Below are positions 1 through 13,884 of a DNA stretch of 64,000 nucleotides, in pieces (the first letter of the stretch is position 1; the number at the start of each line of letters is the position of its first letter). The notes under the pieces were generated by a model. That model saw nothing but the letters and a program-made list of their open reading frames with translations. It had not been told where the DNA came from and searched no databases. The position numbers and the translations under genes were made by a program. The DNA lies in assembly GCA_964016885.1 (NCBI GenBank), contig OZ024742.1:302622001-302686000 (forward strand). Reading direction: 5' to 3'. The DNA comes from Eledone cirrhosa (taxonomy: Eukaryota).

Positions 1-639
1 GGAGTGTCGTATATGAAATTAAAACGACAAATACTTGACTTCAGAAAAGTAAATGGCGATTTCAGGAAAATAGTGACTTAAATGTTGCTCAGTATTTAGG
101 CCATCACTACCTTATCTACTTCTAATCACTCATACAACATATAATTAACAAACCTGTCTAAAAATATAACTTCATATCTGGCCCTCTTCTGAGGTTTCAG
201 TATGCCTGTTGATAAACATGTGAATGTATAGAAATAACAGATATAGTAGTTGGAAGTTTTTAAATCATTATTGAAAACTTAATTAAAACCTTTCGTAATC
301 AACACCGAACAAATTTTTACCGCATATGGCGATAAAAAAATATCGAATTTAAAGTAATAGATTATCGAATAGAAATATAAAACAATAAACAAATCATTAT
401 CGAATAAAAACATATATTAAGAAAAATCTCACAAATTGAAGATTGTTGAACAGGATTGTTGAACAGAATTGTAAACAGAAAAATACGAGGTGTTAAAGGA
501 AGCGAAGCACATTTCAAGGTCAAATTTGAACTAAATATGATTAAAAACAGCAGCGTTTAAGAAAGAACTAGCACCATTTGAGGGAGCTGCAACTACTACT
601 GTTAGAATTTTTTATTTTGCGGGTCGCGAATGGAACTCG

Positions 640-790
640 GTTATATCGACCCTAGTTCTGGTACATTATTTTATCGAATCCAGAAGAATGAAAAGAAAAT
701 TTAATCTGGGCAGGATTTGAATACAGAACTTAAAGAGCGGGAAAGAATAGTACAGCCATTTCGTCCGATGCCCCAACAAATCTGCCAATC
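640..790 (-). mobile_element. tRNA-derived SINE family 1, degenerate copy
   Basis: Reverse complement resembles the copies at 5575-5735 and 13885-14045 (B-box-like ...TTCAAATCC, then ..tcgataaaata..gtaccag). Boundaries approximate. Confidence 0.55.
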
Positions 791-2755
791 CAACAACCTA
801 TATATATATCTGTTTTTAAGTCACTGAATGTTGTTAGATGTATTCTTCCCTCTAAAAGCGGGCACGGAGCACTGTTTAGAGAGGCGAAGAACTTACAGTG
901 AATAATAAGCAAACAGATCCCTGATGCGAGATATGGATTATATATTTGTAGATACGAACTATTTTTTAAGTGGAGTTAAATGTGAGGGTAAGGACGCAAT
1001 TAGTTATGGCTAATTTGATAATCTCGAATACAAATACATTACGAGCAACTATTGAATTATTGTTATGTTCCTCTTTGGACTTAACGCATATAATGGCGTT
1101 ATCTAATTACGTGTACGTGCCTTGTAGCTAGTGCTCATAATACAATTGTCTAGAATTTAATGGAAACACGCAACCTTATTTATAAAACCGAAACTAAGAC
1201 GTTTAATCCGAAATAATTGACCGTTTTCCTTGAAAGCAGTGAATACTTAATAAAAGGAATGCAAAGCCGCTGTGTGGTATACGATACTTAAATCAATAGT
1301 ACTAAATATATTGTTTTGTTGACCAACTCATCGAAGTTAGGCAGCGGGTAAAGGTCAAAGTAGGGTTTGTCCTATTTCACTCAGTCGGAAAACATGAGTT
1401 ATAGCTATGTCAATCAAGATATTTTGGGATTCCTCTTGAGACAGGTGTACGGTGAACTTCCTTTCTCAGCCAATCTTAAATAATTAGATTAAAGTGACAC
1501 TCTTGTCAACAGTTTAGAGGCTATACCACAGAGTATGTTCTGGAAAAATCCAGGTCAATAAATGAAGAATACTCCTGGCGGTATAAACGAATCTTGATCG
1601 TCTTTGTTAGTGCACTGAAACAGTGAAACATCGTCATAAGTGTGATGAAGACCAACACCAGTTTAAACCTGTTGTTTTCCACAAGGAGGGCGAGAAAACT
1701 CAATGCGTCAACGTAAACAAAGGAACATCAAGATGGAGTCTTCTGAAGGCTAGTAATGACATAAAGGTGTAGATGGAATTGGAGAGGGCTCTCCTCTTTG
1801 ATAGCTATATTGCTAATACGAAAGGACAGATGAATTTGGAGAGGGATCTCATCATCCCTAGCTATATTGCTAATGACAAGAAGGTGCAGATGAATTTGAA
1901 AGAGGACGGTTGTCTTCCCAAATTGTATTTCAATAACGAAGCAACACCTGGAGATCACAGTGTCATCCGACATGACAAATGAGGTCCTGATGGTTAACTT
2001 GATTGTGCTTTAATAAGGCATACATGGAAAATAGTGCCTAAAATATAAATGATATAGTGGTGGTGTGGATTTGTAAGCAGATCCACAATGTCATACCCAG
2101 AGGGCATTGTACTTAAATCTGATAGATTATTAATTAGGAAAGTGAGAAGTACAGCAGAAATCATATCATCAGGGATTTGACAGAGGTTTGTGAAAGAAAG
2201 ACTAACTTTATGAGCGAAGAACATGCTCGGATGGCATCTTTGATTTCTTGATTTAACAAAGAGGTCTTCATGTCACCGTGTTCCACACCAAGTCACTTTC
2301 GCCTGAGTATTTAACAGCTGAAACAGAAACATACTACACAGAATACAATATTACTGTGTGGAGAAGAGGGGCTGTATAGTATTATAACTAAGTAGATATT
2401 GTAGTAATAACACAGAGACAATAGGCAAGACAAATAACAAAAATACAAACATTAATACAATGTCCCGTAATTCGCTGTCTATCGGATATCATTGTAGATT
2501 CGACATGTCTCGAAAGGAACACTCAATCGAACTGCATCAACAACGATTACGACTTAGCTTTAAAAAACTAATCGAGAATTATACACGTGAATCACTCAAA
2601 ACAAAGCACATACCTGAATGAGACGGTCATTGAAAACGCAGCACTAACAAGAAAAAAAATTATGGCAACATAAATGGACCTGTTATTTTTTTCTAAAAAC
2701 ATTTTTTCCAATTCCACCCCTCCCGTCCCTTCAATCTTTCTAATTTCTCATTCTT

Positions 2756-2801
2756 TTTTCTGATGAAGGATTAGCGTCCGAAACGCTATTTCAAGCGTTA
2801 A
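2756..2801 (+). ncRNA. hammerhead-like motif, Penelope-type, weak stem I
   Basis: CTGATGA 2760-2766; stem II gga/tcc; GAAA 2780-2783; stem III cgct/agcg followed by TT (GUU site). Stem I is only about 2 bp. Follows a pyrimidine-rich tract. Confidence 0.5.
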
Positions 2802-2855
2802 CCTAATATATTCCTTCCATATACTGTACCGATTGTGTTGTTATTTCTGTTTACC

Positions 2856-2960
<105 letters not shown>

Positions 2961-3043
2961 AGTTTATCCAGGTTCAATCGGGGGTAACCACAGTAAGTAA
3001 GGTACTCAACACATAGCAGAGTATAAATATTTAATATAGAAAT

Positions 3044-3099
3044 GGCTTCTACAGGACTAGGACTAGAACTGTTTCATTCGGGAGAAATCATCAGAAAGC
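3044..3099 (-). ncRNA. type I hammerhead ribozyme, family A
   Basis: Minus strand reads gcttt-CTGATGA-tttctcccgaat-GAAA-cag..ctg-TA-gaagcc (GUA site). Confidence 0.75.
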
Positions 3100-3127
3100 A
3101 CTTACTGTGCCCCTCTTAACCATCATG

Positions 3128-3178
3128 GGCTTCCTGATGATTTCTCCCGAATGAAAGAGTTCTAATCCTGTAGAAGCC
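3128..3178 (+). ncRNA. type I hammerhead ribozyme, family A (stem III mutation)
   Basis: ggcttc-CTGATGA(3134-3140)-tttctcccgaat-GAAA(3153-3156)-gag..ctg-TA-gaagcc. Stem I ggcttc/gaagcc is perfect; the C after GAAA is changed to G. Confidence 0.7.
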
Positions 3179-4640
3179 ATTTCTATATTAAATATATATA
3201 TATATATAATTGTTACACTGCACAAAGGAAATAGTTAGTCACGAGTAAAATGGTAGAAAGGAAACATTTGATGGTGATCAGTGGTGAAACCCTGGAGTAG
3301 GTGAGAAGTTGGAAGACGTCTGAATGGTAGAGTATCTAACAGTAGAAAGAAAGCTGTAAAAACGGAGAGAGAGAGAGAGAGAGGCCCAGCCACTTATGTA
3401 CACATTGATGTATTGAATAGGACATTTAGTCGATCGAATAACTAACTACTCATTGCTGAAACCGACGGAGAACCTATCATATACTTTCTCAATATTTCGT
3501 AAATTTCATTTTAAACAACAGAATGGGTTGACAGAATTGATCAAGTAGCGGACAAAATACCTTAGTTACGTTCCTTTATGTTCTGTGTTCAAATCAAGCT
3601 GTTGTCAACTTTGCTTGTCATCGTTCCGGATGTACTGAGGGTAAGTTTAACCGTCTCTACCTTCCTCCCACCTTTAATGTTTTCTGTCTATCTAAGAAAG
3701 AAATATTACTGGGGAAACGTATGGATTCTCCATTTTCTTTTCACAAAATATACAAGAAGATATGTTAGAAAGTTATTGTTTTTGTTAGCCCCAATAACTT
3801 TGTATTAACTTTGAGTGGCGAGTGACAGGGTGCCATAACAAGTGTATAACACGGTTTCGATTCCTACTTAAAGCCACTTTCACTTACGTCTTCGTAAACA
3901 TGACTTTCCTTTTACATGTGTGACTTTATAAGCCTCCCTCTTTCCCTCTTCACCATTTTCTTCTTATTTTCTTTACTGCTCTTACCTCTTTCTTCTACAT
4001 CATTTCCAATAATGCCATAACTTTCTTTCACCCCACCTATATATCTCTCCAATTTTTGTCCCTTCGCAGTTCTTTATCTCCCATCCCTCTTCACTTACCC
4101 TAGTCTTAGTCTGGCTTCTCTCACCACATTTCCTTCATCACCATTCATGTTCCTTTTCATCCTGCTTCTTTTCATCTCACTGCACTCCTTTTTCTTTCTC
4201 TCAAATTAAACCTTCCATTCCTTCTTTATTTCTTTCCATCTTTCCTCCTTTCTATTCTTATCTTCCATGTTTTCCATATCCCCCTTACCATCACCGCACA
4301 ATTCTACATTACACATTGTTCTTGCCTTCATCTCTGCCATCATTTATCCGGTTCTAAACATGAGTCATGGTATTATCAAAATGACCGGGTCCGACCTATT
4401 CTGGCTGGTAGGATGGAGACACGTCGTTTGGCACAACTTTCTCCCTCTCTCTGTCCGCTCTCTCCCCCATCACCACCACCACCACTACCATCGCCACACC
4501 ATGTCTCTCACTACTATCCAAAATCCATTCCGCCCACTTCTAAATGCCATTCACTACCGGCACAGGAAGACACTAGCTGCTGGGCAATATCTACAGGAGT
4601 GCAAAATCTAAACAAGATATTAACCCCCCCTCCCGTCCAC

Positions 4641-4880
<240 letters not shown>

Positions 4881-5574
4881 CATACCGATCTTTGATTCAG
4901 TTCCTTCGAAGTAATTATAAAGTAAATAAATAAACAAGCAAATAAATAAACACATATAAAAATATATATAAAAATAAAAATGGCATATTAAGTCGTCTTC
5001 CTCTTCTTCGGACCATTGTCTCCCTGGAGTTAAGAAACCATGAATGTCAAGCTCATGCTCAGAAACTATTAGTTTTCTGCTTTCTTTTTTTCTTCTTCCA
5101 CAGTTTTTATGTAACTGTACTCTCTTCTCTTTCTTCTTACTCTTCAGTGAAGCCGTTTTGCCTGATCAGTTAACTTGCCGGGCCTTCCTGCCCTAAAGGT
5201 CAAATGTTCAATCCATACCACAGGCATCTGTTTATGGTGCCCTTACAACAGACAGTATTGCTCTTCTTGTTTTAGTAAAACCTGAAAAAGATTATAATTA
5301 CAACTTTCGAGCTTCACAGTCGAGTGGTCACCATTAATAAGAATATCTAGTGGTCAAGCCAGCTTAGGAGTCTCTAGGTGGTCATTCTATCTGCTAGAAA
5401 TAACAGTCGAATACACTTTAAATTGCATCTCAGGTTTAAAAAATAACATTTTTGAGGGTGTATTTCGAAATAATTGACGGCGAACAATTATAGCCCCAAA
5501 TGACAAAATTTCAAATTTTTTAATAACCTTTTTACTCGAATTTTATTTACATGCTTTGCAGCATCGAGTTATGG

Positions 5575-5735
5575 CACTTTACGTCCTGAGTTCAAATCCC
5601 GCCAGGGTTAGCTTTGCCTTGCATCCTTACGGGTCGATAAAATAAAGCACCAGTAATGTACTAGGGTCGATTTAATCGACCCCCCCCCCAAAAAAAAAAT
5701 TGCTGGCCTTGTGCCTAAAGTAGAAACAATTATTA
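5575..5735 (+). mobile_element. tRNA-derived SINE family 1
   Basis: B-box-like GAGTTCAAATCC, then ctttgccttgcatcc...gggtcgataaaataaagcaccag...gggtcgat, and the tail ggccttgtgcctaaagtagaaacaattattatt, shared with other copies in the window. Confidence 0.7.
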
Positions 5736-6104
5736 TTTTACGCGAATGCATGCTTGTGTCGTTAAAACGTACAATGTGCAACCACATAGTTTTAGGTTTG
5801 CTTCAGCTGCGTGGCCCGTGGGCAATTGTCCATTTCTATAGCCTTAGGTTGACTAATGCCTTGTAAGTGAAATTTTGTAGATGGAAACTGTCAGAAGTCC
5901 GTTATGCGGGCTAGAGGAGTTCTCTGATTTGCTTGCTTCTCATTACATGAAACACCTTGAATGGAGTCTCAATCTTGAAATTGCGAGGATAGTCTCTGCT
6001 GATTGAATTTATTTCCCTACTTGTAATTTTTTGGTTGACAGACTATTTGTATACATGCACTTGATGCAGAGCACTCCCCCAAGCATTTTCGCCACTTTCC
6101 TTTG

Positions 6105-6140
<36 letters not shown>

Positions 6141-7006
6141 CACATTTGCATATAGCAATATGTCTGTTTGTGTTTACGTCTACACCACATAACAATTCAG
6201 TCCTATAAGTTAGTAGTATTGGCTAAACTCTTGAAGGTGGAGCCTCAGCTGAACCGCAGTCCAATGACAGAAACCAGTAAAAAAAAAAGAAAATATATAT
6301 GTATATAAGAGTAAAGCTTTTTTGATAAGCACCGCGGAGAATCGAAATCATGACCGTAAAATCATGAACCAGACCCTCCACACACACACACGGCCTTTAT
6401 ATATACATATATAGACACAAGGTCTTTTCACACACACACGACTTCTTGTCAATACACTCATATATAAATGATACTCCGTCCTTTTTAAATGATTGTTAAA
6501 AGAACGGAGTGATAAGGTTGGAGGCGGACAATACATGTCCCAGATTATAGATTTATATTTACCTCCCTAGAATAGAAAAAGGGTTATTTCATTTAGGTAC
6601 TTACCTTCACCTCAATTGAGAACGTTTGGTAGAAAAACGGCTGCGCCATGGTTCTTAGGTTTGAATTAAAATCTCACGAGGATTCTCGCTTTTTCTGCAT
6701 TGTCTTTTTTTACCTAATCTTAAACACTATCTATCTATCTACTTACCTACCTATCTATCTATCTATCTAGCTATCCACCTATTTGTCCGTCTATCTATCT
6801 ATCTTGATAGAGTGAGACACGCTTCACATCGGCTCCGCTATTCCATCGGAATTTACCCTTACTATAGTAAGTACCAGAGAATTTTTTCAGTGCAACACAT
6901 TTGGAACACTTACCCCTGTTATTTAGGGAAACATTTTTACATTTACCCCCTTTTTAGGGGGTAAAATAAATATCTATTTTGCTGTAAAATTTCTTGCTTG
7001 GAAGCA

Positions 7007-8817
7007 TGGCGGAAAAGACGGCAGACATGTCTGCCATTAGCTCTGCCACGCCCCCCAAGTCTGAAGAACAAAAAATAGAAACAACAAAACTAGACAACGA
7101 AAGAAACAAGGAAAATAAAAAAACAAATGTTACGGAAAATGAGCAAACGGAAAACAAACAAACAGAAAATAAGAATACAAATAACAACAAGGCAACTTTC
7201 GCCCAGAAAACAAAACAGTCCATAACATATACACCAATAGACTGCCGCCAGAGAAAAACTGGCAGAAGCAAAAAAACACATAGTCTTGGGGGAGAACGGA
7301 ATGTTTTCTATTAACTCCCCCACTGAATTCAAGAAAGCGAGAACAGAGAGCACAGTTCTCTTCAGAACAATCTTAAACCAAACGAGAAAGCCAGCACAGC
7401 CCAGCCAAATGGAGATAGAGTTGGTCCTAAAAGACTATATGAAGAATATTCTCTTCATACGAAAGGACCGACTCTATGGCAGCATTTCGGTCTTAACAAA
7501 AGACAGGGAAACAGCGCAGAAGCTTTCCCTAAGCCCACTCTCATCAACAACATACAGCTTCTATCCCTCCTACATGGGTAGAAGAACACAGAGAGTCAAG
7601 ATACAAACAATGCTGCCCACAATGGACTTCTGGTGGGCTATTGCTGGCTTCATAGACATGGGCGAGGACACAGTGCTGTCAATAGGGAAGGCATCTGGAG
7701 ATGCGTTCCTGGGAATGGGCCTCGACCTACTAGTCCAAATGAGGCCCGAAAGAATAGCACAAATCCCGGATCGCATCTGGCTGGATGACCTCACCCCAAT
7801 AGATATAATTGTAGAGGGGAGAAGACCAGCATGCTATTTATGCATGGAAAGGGGACACGTTAAGGCTAACTGCCCGAAACGTATCCCCCAAAAAGGACTA
7901 TTGCCCACACCCACCACAAAGAGCACACCAACACCACCCACCTCCAAAAATACACCATACCACACACAGCAAACAAAATACAGACACCACCAACCACAAG
8001 CACAACACAAACATCACCACCACCAGCACCAAACACAAGCACGACACAAAAATCACCACCACCATCACCAACCACAACACAAACATCACCACCACCATCA
8101 CCAACCACAAGCACGACACAAGCATCACCACCACCACCACAAAACGCATTCCAAACAAATAATAAAAAAACAGCAACAAATCTACCCCTCCCGCAAAAAA
8201 AAAACAACCAGACACCCCGTCCCTCCCACCTAGCGCTAAAGAGTTTCCCCCAACTTCTGAAGAAGAAGGAGGAGAAGCCTTCAGACAAGTTAAAAGGAAA
8301 AAAAGAAAGCACACACCCAGCACACCACAAATAACCCCAAAACACCCCACCTTCGACAAACAAAAATAAATCTGCGCCTCCCCTCTCCGAAACATTGACA
8401 GCATCACAAAAAAAGACTTTGCAATACACATATATAAATAAAGAAAACAAAAAACTGTTTAAATTAATAAACAATAGCCCTTTGGTGCAGACCGAAGGGC
8501 CAAACTTTATCTCAACAGAGAACTTCACCCATTTAAAAATGATAAAGGTCCCTCTGGACCTTTATCGTTCCTTAAAAGAACAATTTAGACAGGACGTGAG
8601 CCCCCCCTGTTTAAAACCGTTAAATCGCGTCCTCTTGAAAGATTTCCCCATAACCTCCCCTCTCCCTGACACAACTCCAAATACCCCAACCCCACCACAC
8701 TCGGGTACCCCCACACCACCACAAAACATCCCTCCACCCAACACACCTGACGCCATGGAAATTACACAACCCGGAGAGGTAGGTGCTTTTCTTTCTTCAC
8801 TTTCAACACCAAAATAG
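7007..8817 (+). pseudogene. Tx1 ORF1 (gag-like, CCHC zinc knuckle), frameshifted
   Basis: Track ORFs 6994-7314, 7286-8233 and 8395-8817 are pieces of it; contains EGRRPACYLCMERGHVKANCP (CX2CX4HX4C). Confidence 0.8.
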
Positions 8818-11800
8818 ATCAATTGAGAGTTGGCTGTTTGAACGCGCGTGGCCTGGGCTCAGCTTGGAAGCAAGCAAAGCTTCTAAGTGACCTCAGGTCA
8901 CGAAGTATAGATGTGATGGTTGTTTGCGAGAGTCGGATCAGCAGCGTGCGACAGCTGGCTCCCGCCTTCGATGACTTTGAGATGCACGCATCTCTCTGTC
9001 AACCCGGAGGCGGGGGAGGGGGAGTTGCCGTACTGCTGGATAAACGTCTGGCTCTCGACGTACAGATTGTTCACTCGGACCCGGGGGTCGATTACTGGTG
9101 CTGGACGTCGGAGACGGTGAAGGCGGGTCTTTCAGACTGGTCGGTCTTTATGCCCCCTTCGGGGCTGAAAGAGCCGACTTCTTCCAGCGTCTGGAGACTT
9201 TTCTAGGAACGTCGCGTTCCCTGCTTTTAGTGGGGGACTGGAATGGAATCCTAGATGCGCGTTGGGACTATGCAGGGGCATGTCCCGATAGAGGGGGGTG
9301 TAGCAGCCTCAAGGGGATACTCGATCGATTCGACCTGGTCGATAGATTTCGACTAGATTGTCTAACTGCGCCAACCTGGACCTGGGCAAACCGCAGTGGT
9401 CAATCTAGATCGTACCTAGATAGGTTTTTGGTTAGGAGTAAGGATAGGGACGTATTTAGTTGTCCAGAATTGATCATGGTTGGCTATTCAGATCACAAAT
9501 TAGTGACCTGCGTGGTCAACCTTGATAGAACGCATAGACAGGGTCCCGGTTACTGGAAGATGAACTTGTCCTTGCCGGCAAAGAAAGATTACAGGAACCG
9601 GATTAGTAGCTTAGTTAAGATGAGGTTGACGGGAGCGATCGTCAACAGCAGGTGGTGGGTATCTCTAAAGAGAGAGATTAGAGTAAGTTCGATAGGTTAC
9701 AGTAAGGAACTAGCGGCGAATAGAAATAGGAGGGAAAGGGAGTTAACAGATAAACTAGAAGAGGCGATTAGGAGCGGAGACGTGGCCAGAGTGTTAGCGG
9801 CGAGAACGGCGTTGAGCCAGTTCTTTGACGCGAAGCACGAAGGCTGCGTTGTCCGAAGTAAAATACGTGCTTTAGGAAACGAGGGGACCAAAGCTGTTAG
9901 CTGGGCTCGCGTTACAGAAGCCAAGAGTGGGATTAAATCTACCATTCGGTCTTTGCGAGACCAGGATGGACGGGTGATCCTTGAACCTGAGCGGATGTGC
10001 GAGGCCTTTCAAAGGCACTTTGCTCGACTGTTCGGAGGGGGCGGGGGGCCGGACGGGGATGTAGACTTCGGTCCATACCTCGACGGTCTACCGCGTCTTT
10101 CGAGCGGCGAAGCGGAGTGCTGCGAAAGGCCAATCACAGCCACTGAAATCGGGGAAGCGCTCAGCCAATGCAGCAGACGCAAATCTCCGGGTCTCGATGG
10201 TCTACCATACGAACTTTATTTAGCTATGCCGGTCTTGTTCTCCGAACTCCTCGAGGCGGTCTATTGCAACTAGCAACAAAACGGGAGAATTCCCTGTTCT
10301 GTGACCAAGGCGTGGTCACGCTAGTGAGGAAGGATGAGAGCAAGGGGGACGACTTAAGTAACTTTAGGCCCATAACTCTGCTGAATGCAGAGTTACAGAT
10401 TTTGGCCAAGGTGTTGGCGAAGAGGTTGGCGCTTGTGGTGGGTGGTTTGGTGGGAGACGCGCAGACATGCGCTATCCCGTCCAGGTCCATTCACGACAAC
10501 CTCCACCTCATGCGATACATCATAGAGAGGGTTGGAAACGAACCCGGCTTTGGTGGGGCCCTGATCAACTTGGATCTATCTAAGGCGTTCGATAGGGTCG
10601 ACCATGGTTACCTGGATGCGGTGCTAGCGGCGGCGGGCTTCGGACCCATTTTCAGGGGCTGGATTTCTGCCATGCACAGTGGCAACATCTACTCTAGGAT
10701 TAAAGTAAACGGCTACCTCTCGGAGCCGTTTCAAATCACCCGGTCCATCAGACAGGGGGGCCCCCTCTCCTCCCTTCTGTACGTATTGACTCTCGAGCCA
10801 CTGCTGCGGAAGTTGGAGTTGCTGCGGGGCATACCCCTGGAACCGGGATTGCACAAAGCGGTCTCGGCCTATGCCGACGACGTAACAGTAATGGTGGCGG
10901 ACGCCTCGGAAATCGGGGCGATCGCCACCCTACTGGAGGAATACGAAAGGCTGACGGGGCTAGGCTGAACCGGGACAAGTCAGTCGGTTTGCAACTCGGA
11001 ACGTGGAGGGGAAAACCGATGCCGTTAGACGGTGTCGTCGGGCGGTGGACGGAGGGCCCGGTGAAGCTGCTCGGGGTCTGGTTCGGACCGGACCTCCAGG
11101 TGGAGAAGAATTGGGGCGAGGTGACGAGCAGGGTGTTTGCGCTGACCCAGAAGTGGGCCAAGTGCAAACTATCACTGAAAGGTCGGGCGGAGGTGACGAA
11201 CGCTTACATAGCGTCCGTCATCTACTACCGCCTGACCGTCGTGCCTTGCCCCAAGGAAAAGCTCACCATCATGGAACGCATGCTCTTCCAGTTCCTCTGG
11301 AAGAAGCGGCCTCCCATGGTGAGGAGATCCATCTGCTGCCAGCACCCTGCGAAAGGAGGACTGGGTATGCCGTGGCTGTTGATGCGTAGGCACGCATTGA
11401 GGCTACCGCATCTACAGGTATTCCTCACCGGTCAGCCGGTGTGGGCCCCGTTTCTGAGGCGAGCCTTCCCACAGCTCGTCTCGCTCACCGAGCTGCAATC
11501 CTGGGTGAAGCAAAGACCGAGAAAACTGGGCAACTGGCACACCGAGTGTGCCCAGGCGCTCACGGCTCTCTGGCAAGCGGACCCGACTATCAGTGGAGAA
11601 TCCACCTCGACATTCTATAGAGGGCTGGTGGCTAGCAGGGGCGACGACACCCTTGGAGAGTCGCTAGGCATGGAGGAGGACGAACTGGCCAGCCTGTTCG
11701 GTAGAACTTTCGGCCCGGGACCCATGGACAACTTCCAGAGGTCCCTAGCCTGGCAGTGTTACCGGGGGGCTCTGCCCGTTCGAGAAAAGCTCTACAGACA

Positions 11801-12251
11801 CGGGCGCCCGGGCAGGGATCCCGCGAAAAAGATCTGTCCCAGATGCGTACGCGACGAGGAAACCGTTGCGCATGCACTGGTACACTGCCCGGGCGTTGCC
11901 GATCTGTGGGGCTACGTCGAACGACTGCTGTCGCGTGTGGTGCCGATTCGATTGAACGCCGAGTCTGTGGTGAACATCAAGCTGCCTCCTCCCTTCAGAA
12001 ATGAAGCAGAGGCGGTCTTTCTGTGCGTAATAGCCATGATGAAAGAGGTTGTGTGGTGGACGCGCCTGAAAGGTCTGAGGTCGGGTGACTTTCTCTCCGG
12101 CCATCACCTGGTTTACTTCTTCCGATACCACTTCGGAAGAAGGATCAGGATAGAGAGAGAAGTGCTTGGCCCCAGACAGTTTTATGAAAGGTGGGTGAAA
12201 GAAGCGAGAATGGCTCGTGTAAATGGGCCTACTCTCTACATTGTTCTGTAG
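8814..12251 (+). pseudogene. Tx1 ORF2: AP endonuclease + reverse transcriptase + C-terminal zinc finger, with about 3 frameshifts and a stop
   Basis: APE: LNARGL, GDWN, SYLDRF, SDH. RT: SPGLDGLP, FRPITLLN, DLSKAFDRVDH, RQGGPLS, YADD. Then KGGLGMP and CPRC..ETVAHALVHC. Confidence 0.93.
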
Positions 12252-12894
12252 GTGAAGAAGTGAAGAGGAAAGGGGGAGCGCCTCCTCTCTGGGCTTCCCC
12301 TGCGAAAAGAGTTGCACACTTTTCGGGGGTATGTGCAATCCCCAACACGCCCCCTCCCATTTGAGGACTTTTTATTATTATGTTATTCTCATTGTTATGC
12401 CTTTTTCTCTACTCGCATTTATGTAAACTCCCCCCTGTGTATTTGTCCCTTTCTCTTGTGCCCTAGTGGCAAATAAATAGAAATCTATCTATCTATCTAT
12501 CTATCTACCTATCTATCAGATTTATTTGATATATTAGTCTCTGTTCGTGTCTTGTAGTCACTAAGAAAATCAATCGATCAGTCACTAATCTGATATATCG
12601 ATCATAATTCATTACCACGAACAAAATCATACCTTCATATATGACACTCTACTTAACACACTCAATTACATAGTCTCTCACTCATTCCCACACCCACACT
12701 CAGTTTTACACCAACTCAGATGATAACTGATGTCACCATTCTATTACTCATTTTTTAATCTCCCTTTCTCTTTCTTTCACACACATTCTTTTTCTTTTCT
12801 CTCTCCCTTTCCCTCTTTCACACACATAGATTCACTCAGATCTCCATTCACCAGTTCATTGAAGAGTGAATCCCATGTGGTCACCTCATCTATT

Positions 12895-13240
12895 AGAAAT
12901 AACAGCCAATTCTACCTCAAACCGCACACCAATACTGGCACTCCGTCGGTTACGAAGACAAGTGTTTCAGTTGATCCGATCAACGGAACAGCCTGCTCGT
13001 GAAATTAACGTACAAGTGGCTGAGTATTCCACAGATACGCGTACTCTTAACGTAGTTCTGAGGGAGATTCAGCGTGACACAGAATGTGAAAAGGCTGGCT
13101 ATTCGAATTACAGATACAACTCATTTTTGCCCGCTGAATGAACTGGAGCAATGTGAAATAAAGTTTCCACCGGGAATCCAACTCACGACCTTACGATTGT
13201 GAGCCGAATACTCTAACCACAAAGCCATGCACCTTCATAA
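12895..13240 (-). mobile_element. tRNA-derived SINE family 2, near full length
   Basis: The minus strand starts with A/B-box-like gcatggctttgtggttagag...gtgagttggattcc. The body (gatcaacggaacagcctgctcgtgaaattaacgt...gattcagcgtgacaca) recurs at 19448-19710, 19880-20185, 41380-41570 and 58700-58950. Confidence 0.75.
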
Positions 13241-13884
13241 ACCGGACATTGCTGTCATATAAAAAGACACACTGGATACTATTTCAAAGTAGACTATTTC
13301 AGAAGAAAAGACGGTTTTAATGACCTTTGATCACAGGTCTGTCTATCATTGGACATCTATCAAGATTGACGTGTTGCTAAACAACAACAACAACAATTAC
13401 GACGAACAAGATGACAGACTTCAGTTAGTTTTGACAATTAGTGTTCGATTCGTTCGATCAATGGAACAGCTCATTCATGAAATTAGCCTGTATATTCCAC
13501 AAACAAGACTGTATATTCCTTAAAGAAGACTGCGCGACAGCGTGGGATAAGACCGCCTCTTTTAATTACAGGTACAGTCCAACCCATTTCCCCTCACAAG
13601 GCATGGGTTAACCGAAGACTATGGTAAATGATACTTGCCAAAGGGGGTCCCGCAGTGTGACCGAACCTGGAAACTAATGAGTGCAAAACAACCCTCCTAA
13701 ACACTCGACCATGCTGCGCCTACAACCACACATTGAGGTTATCAATTACATTGTATGGTCCTGTAACTCCTGACAGAGTCGTAAGGGCACCGTATTGAAA
13801 TACTGTGTTTCTTGGGCATTTCAAACCTGGCGGAGCCCATCCCGCTCCAGGCCTGAGTGCAGCAGATTTCTTCTTGAGAGAGAG

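Larger units (their letters stand above)
2961..3195. mobile_element. non-autonomous Penelope-like remnant, family A, with inverted arms (about 3028-3099 / 3128-3195)
   Basis: The arms are reverse complements and each holds a hammerhead. The same sequence recurs at 49984-50423, 59440-59485 and 61331-61450, always abutting microsatellites. Confidence 0.75.
6805..12483 (+). mobile_element. Tx1-group (L1 clade) non-LTR retrotransposon, full length, decayed
   Basis: ORF1 with a CCHC knuckle and ORF2 with APE-RT-zinc finger; AATAAA at about 12472; flanked on both sides by tctatctatctatct (6790-6804 and 12484-12498). Confidence 0.92.

Noticed and set aside
1520-2330. Possible host exon(s), including three diverged about 57-bp repeats at 1750-1910 and an acceptor-like site near 2318 (-)
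   Set aside because: No sustained frame or recognisable protein motif.
7975-8233. His-rich tail of the 315-aa ORF as a metal-binding domain
   Set aside because: Probably an out-of-frame reading of a Pro/Thr-rich repeat after a frameshift in the decayed Tx1 ORF1.
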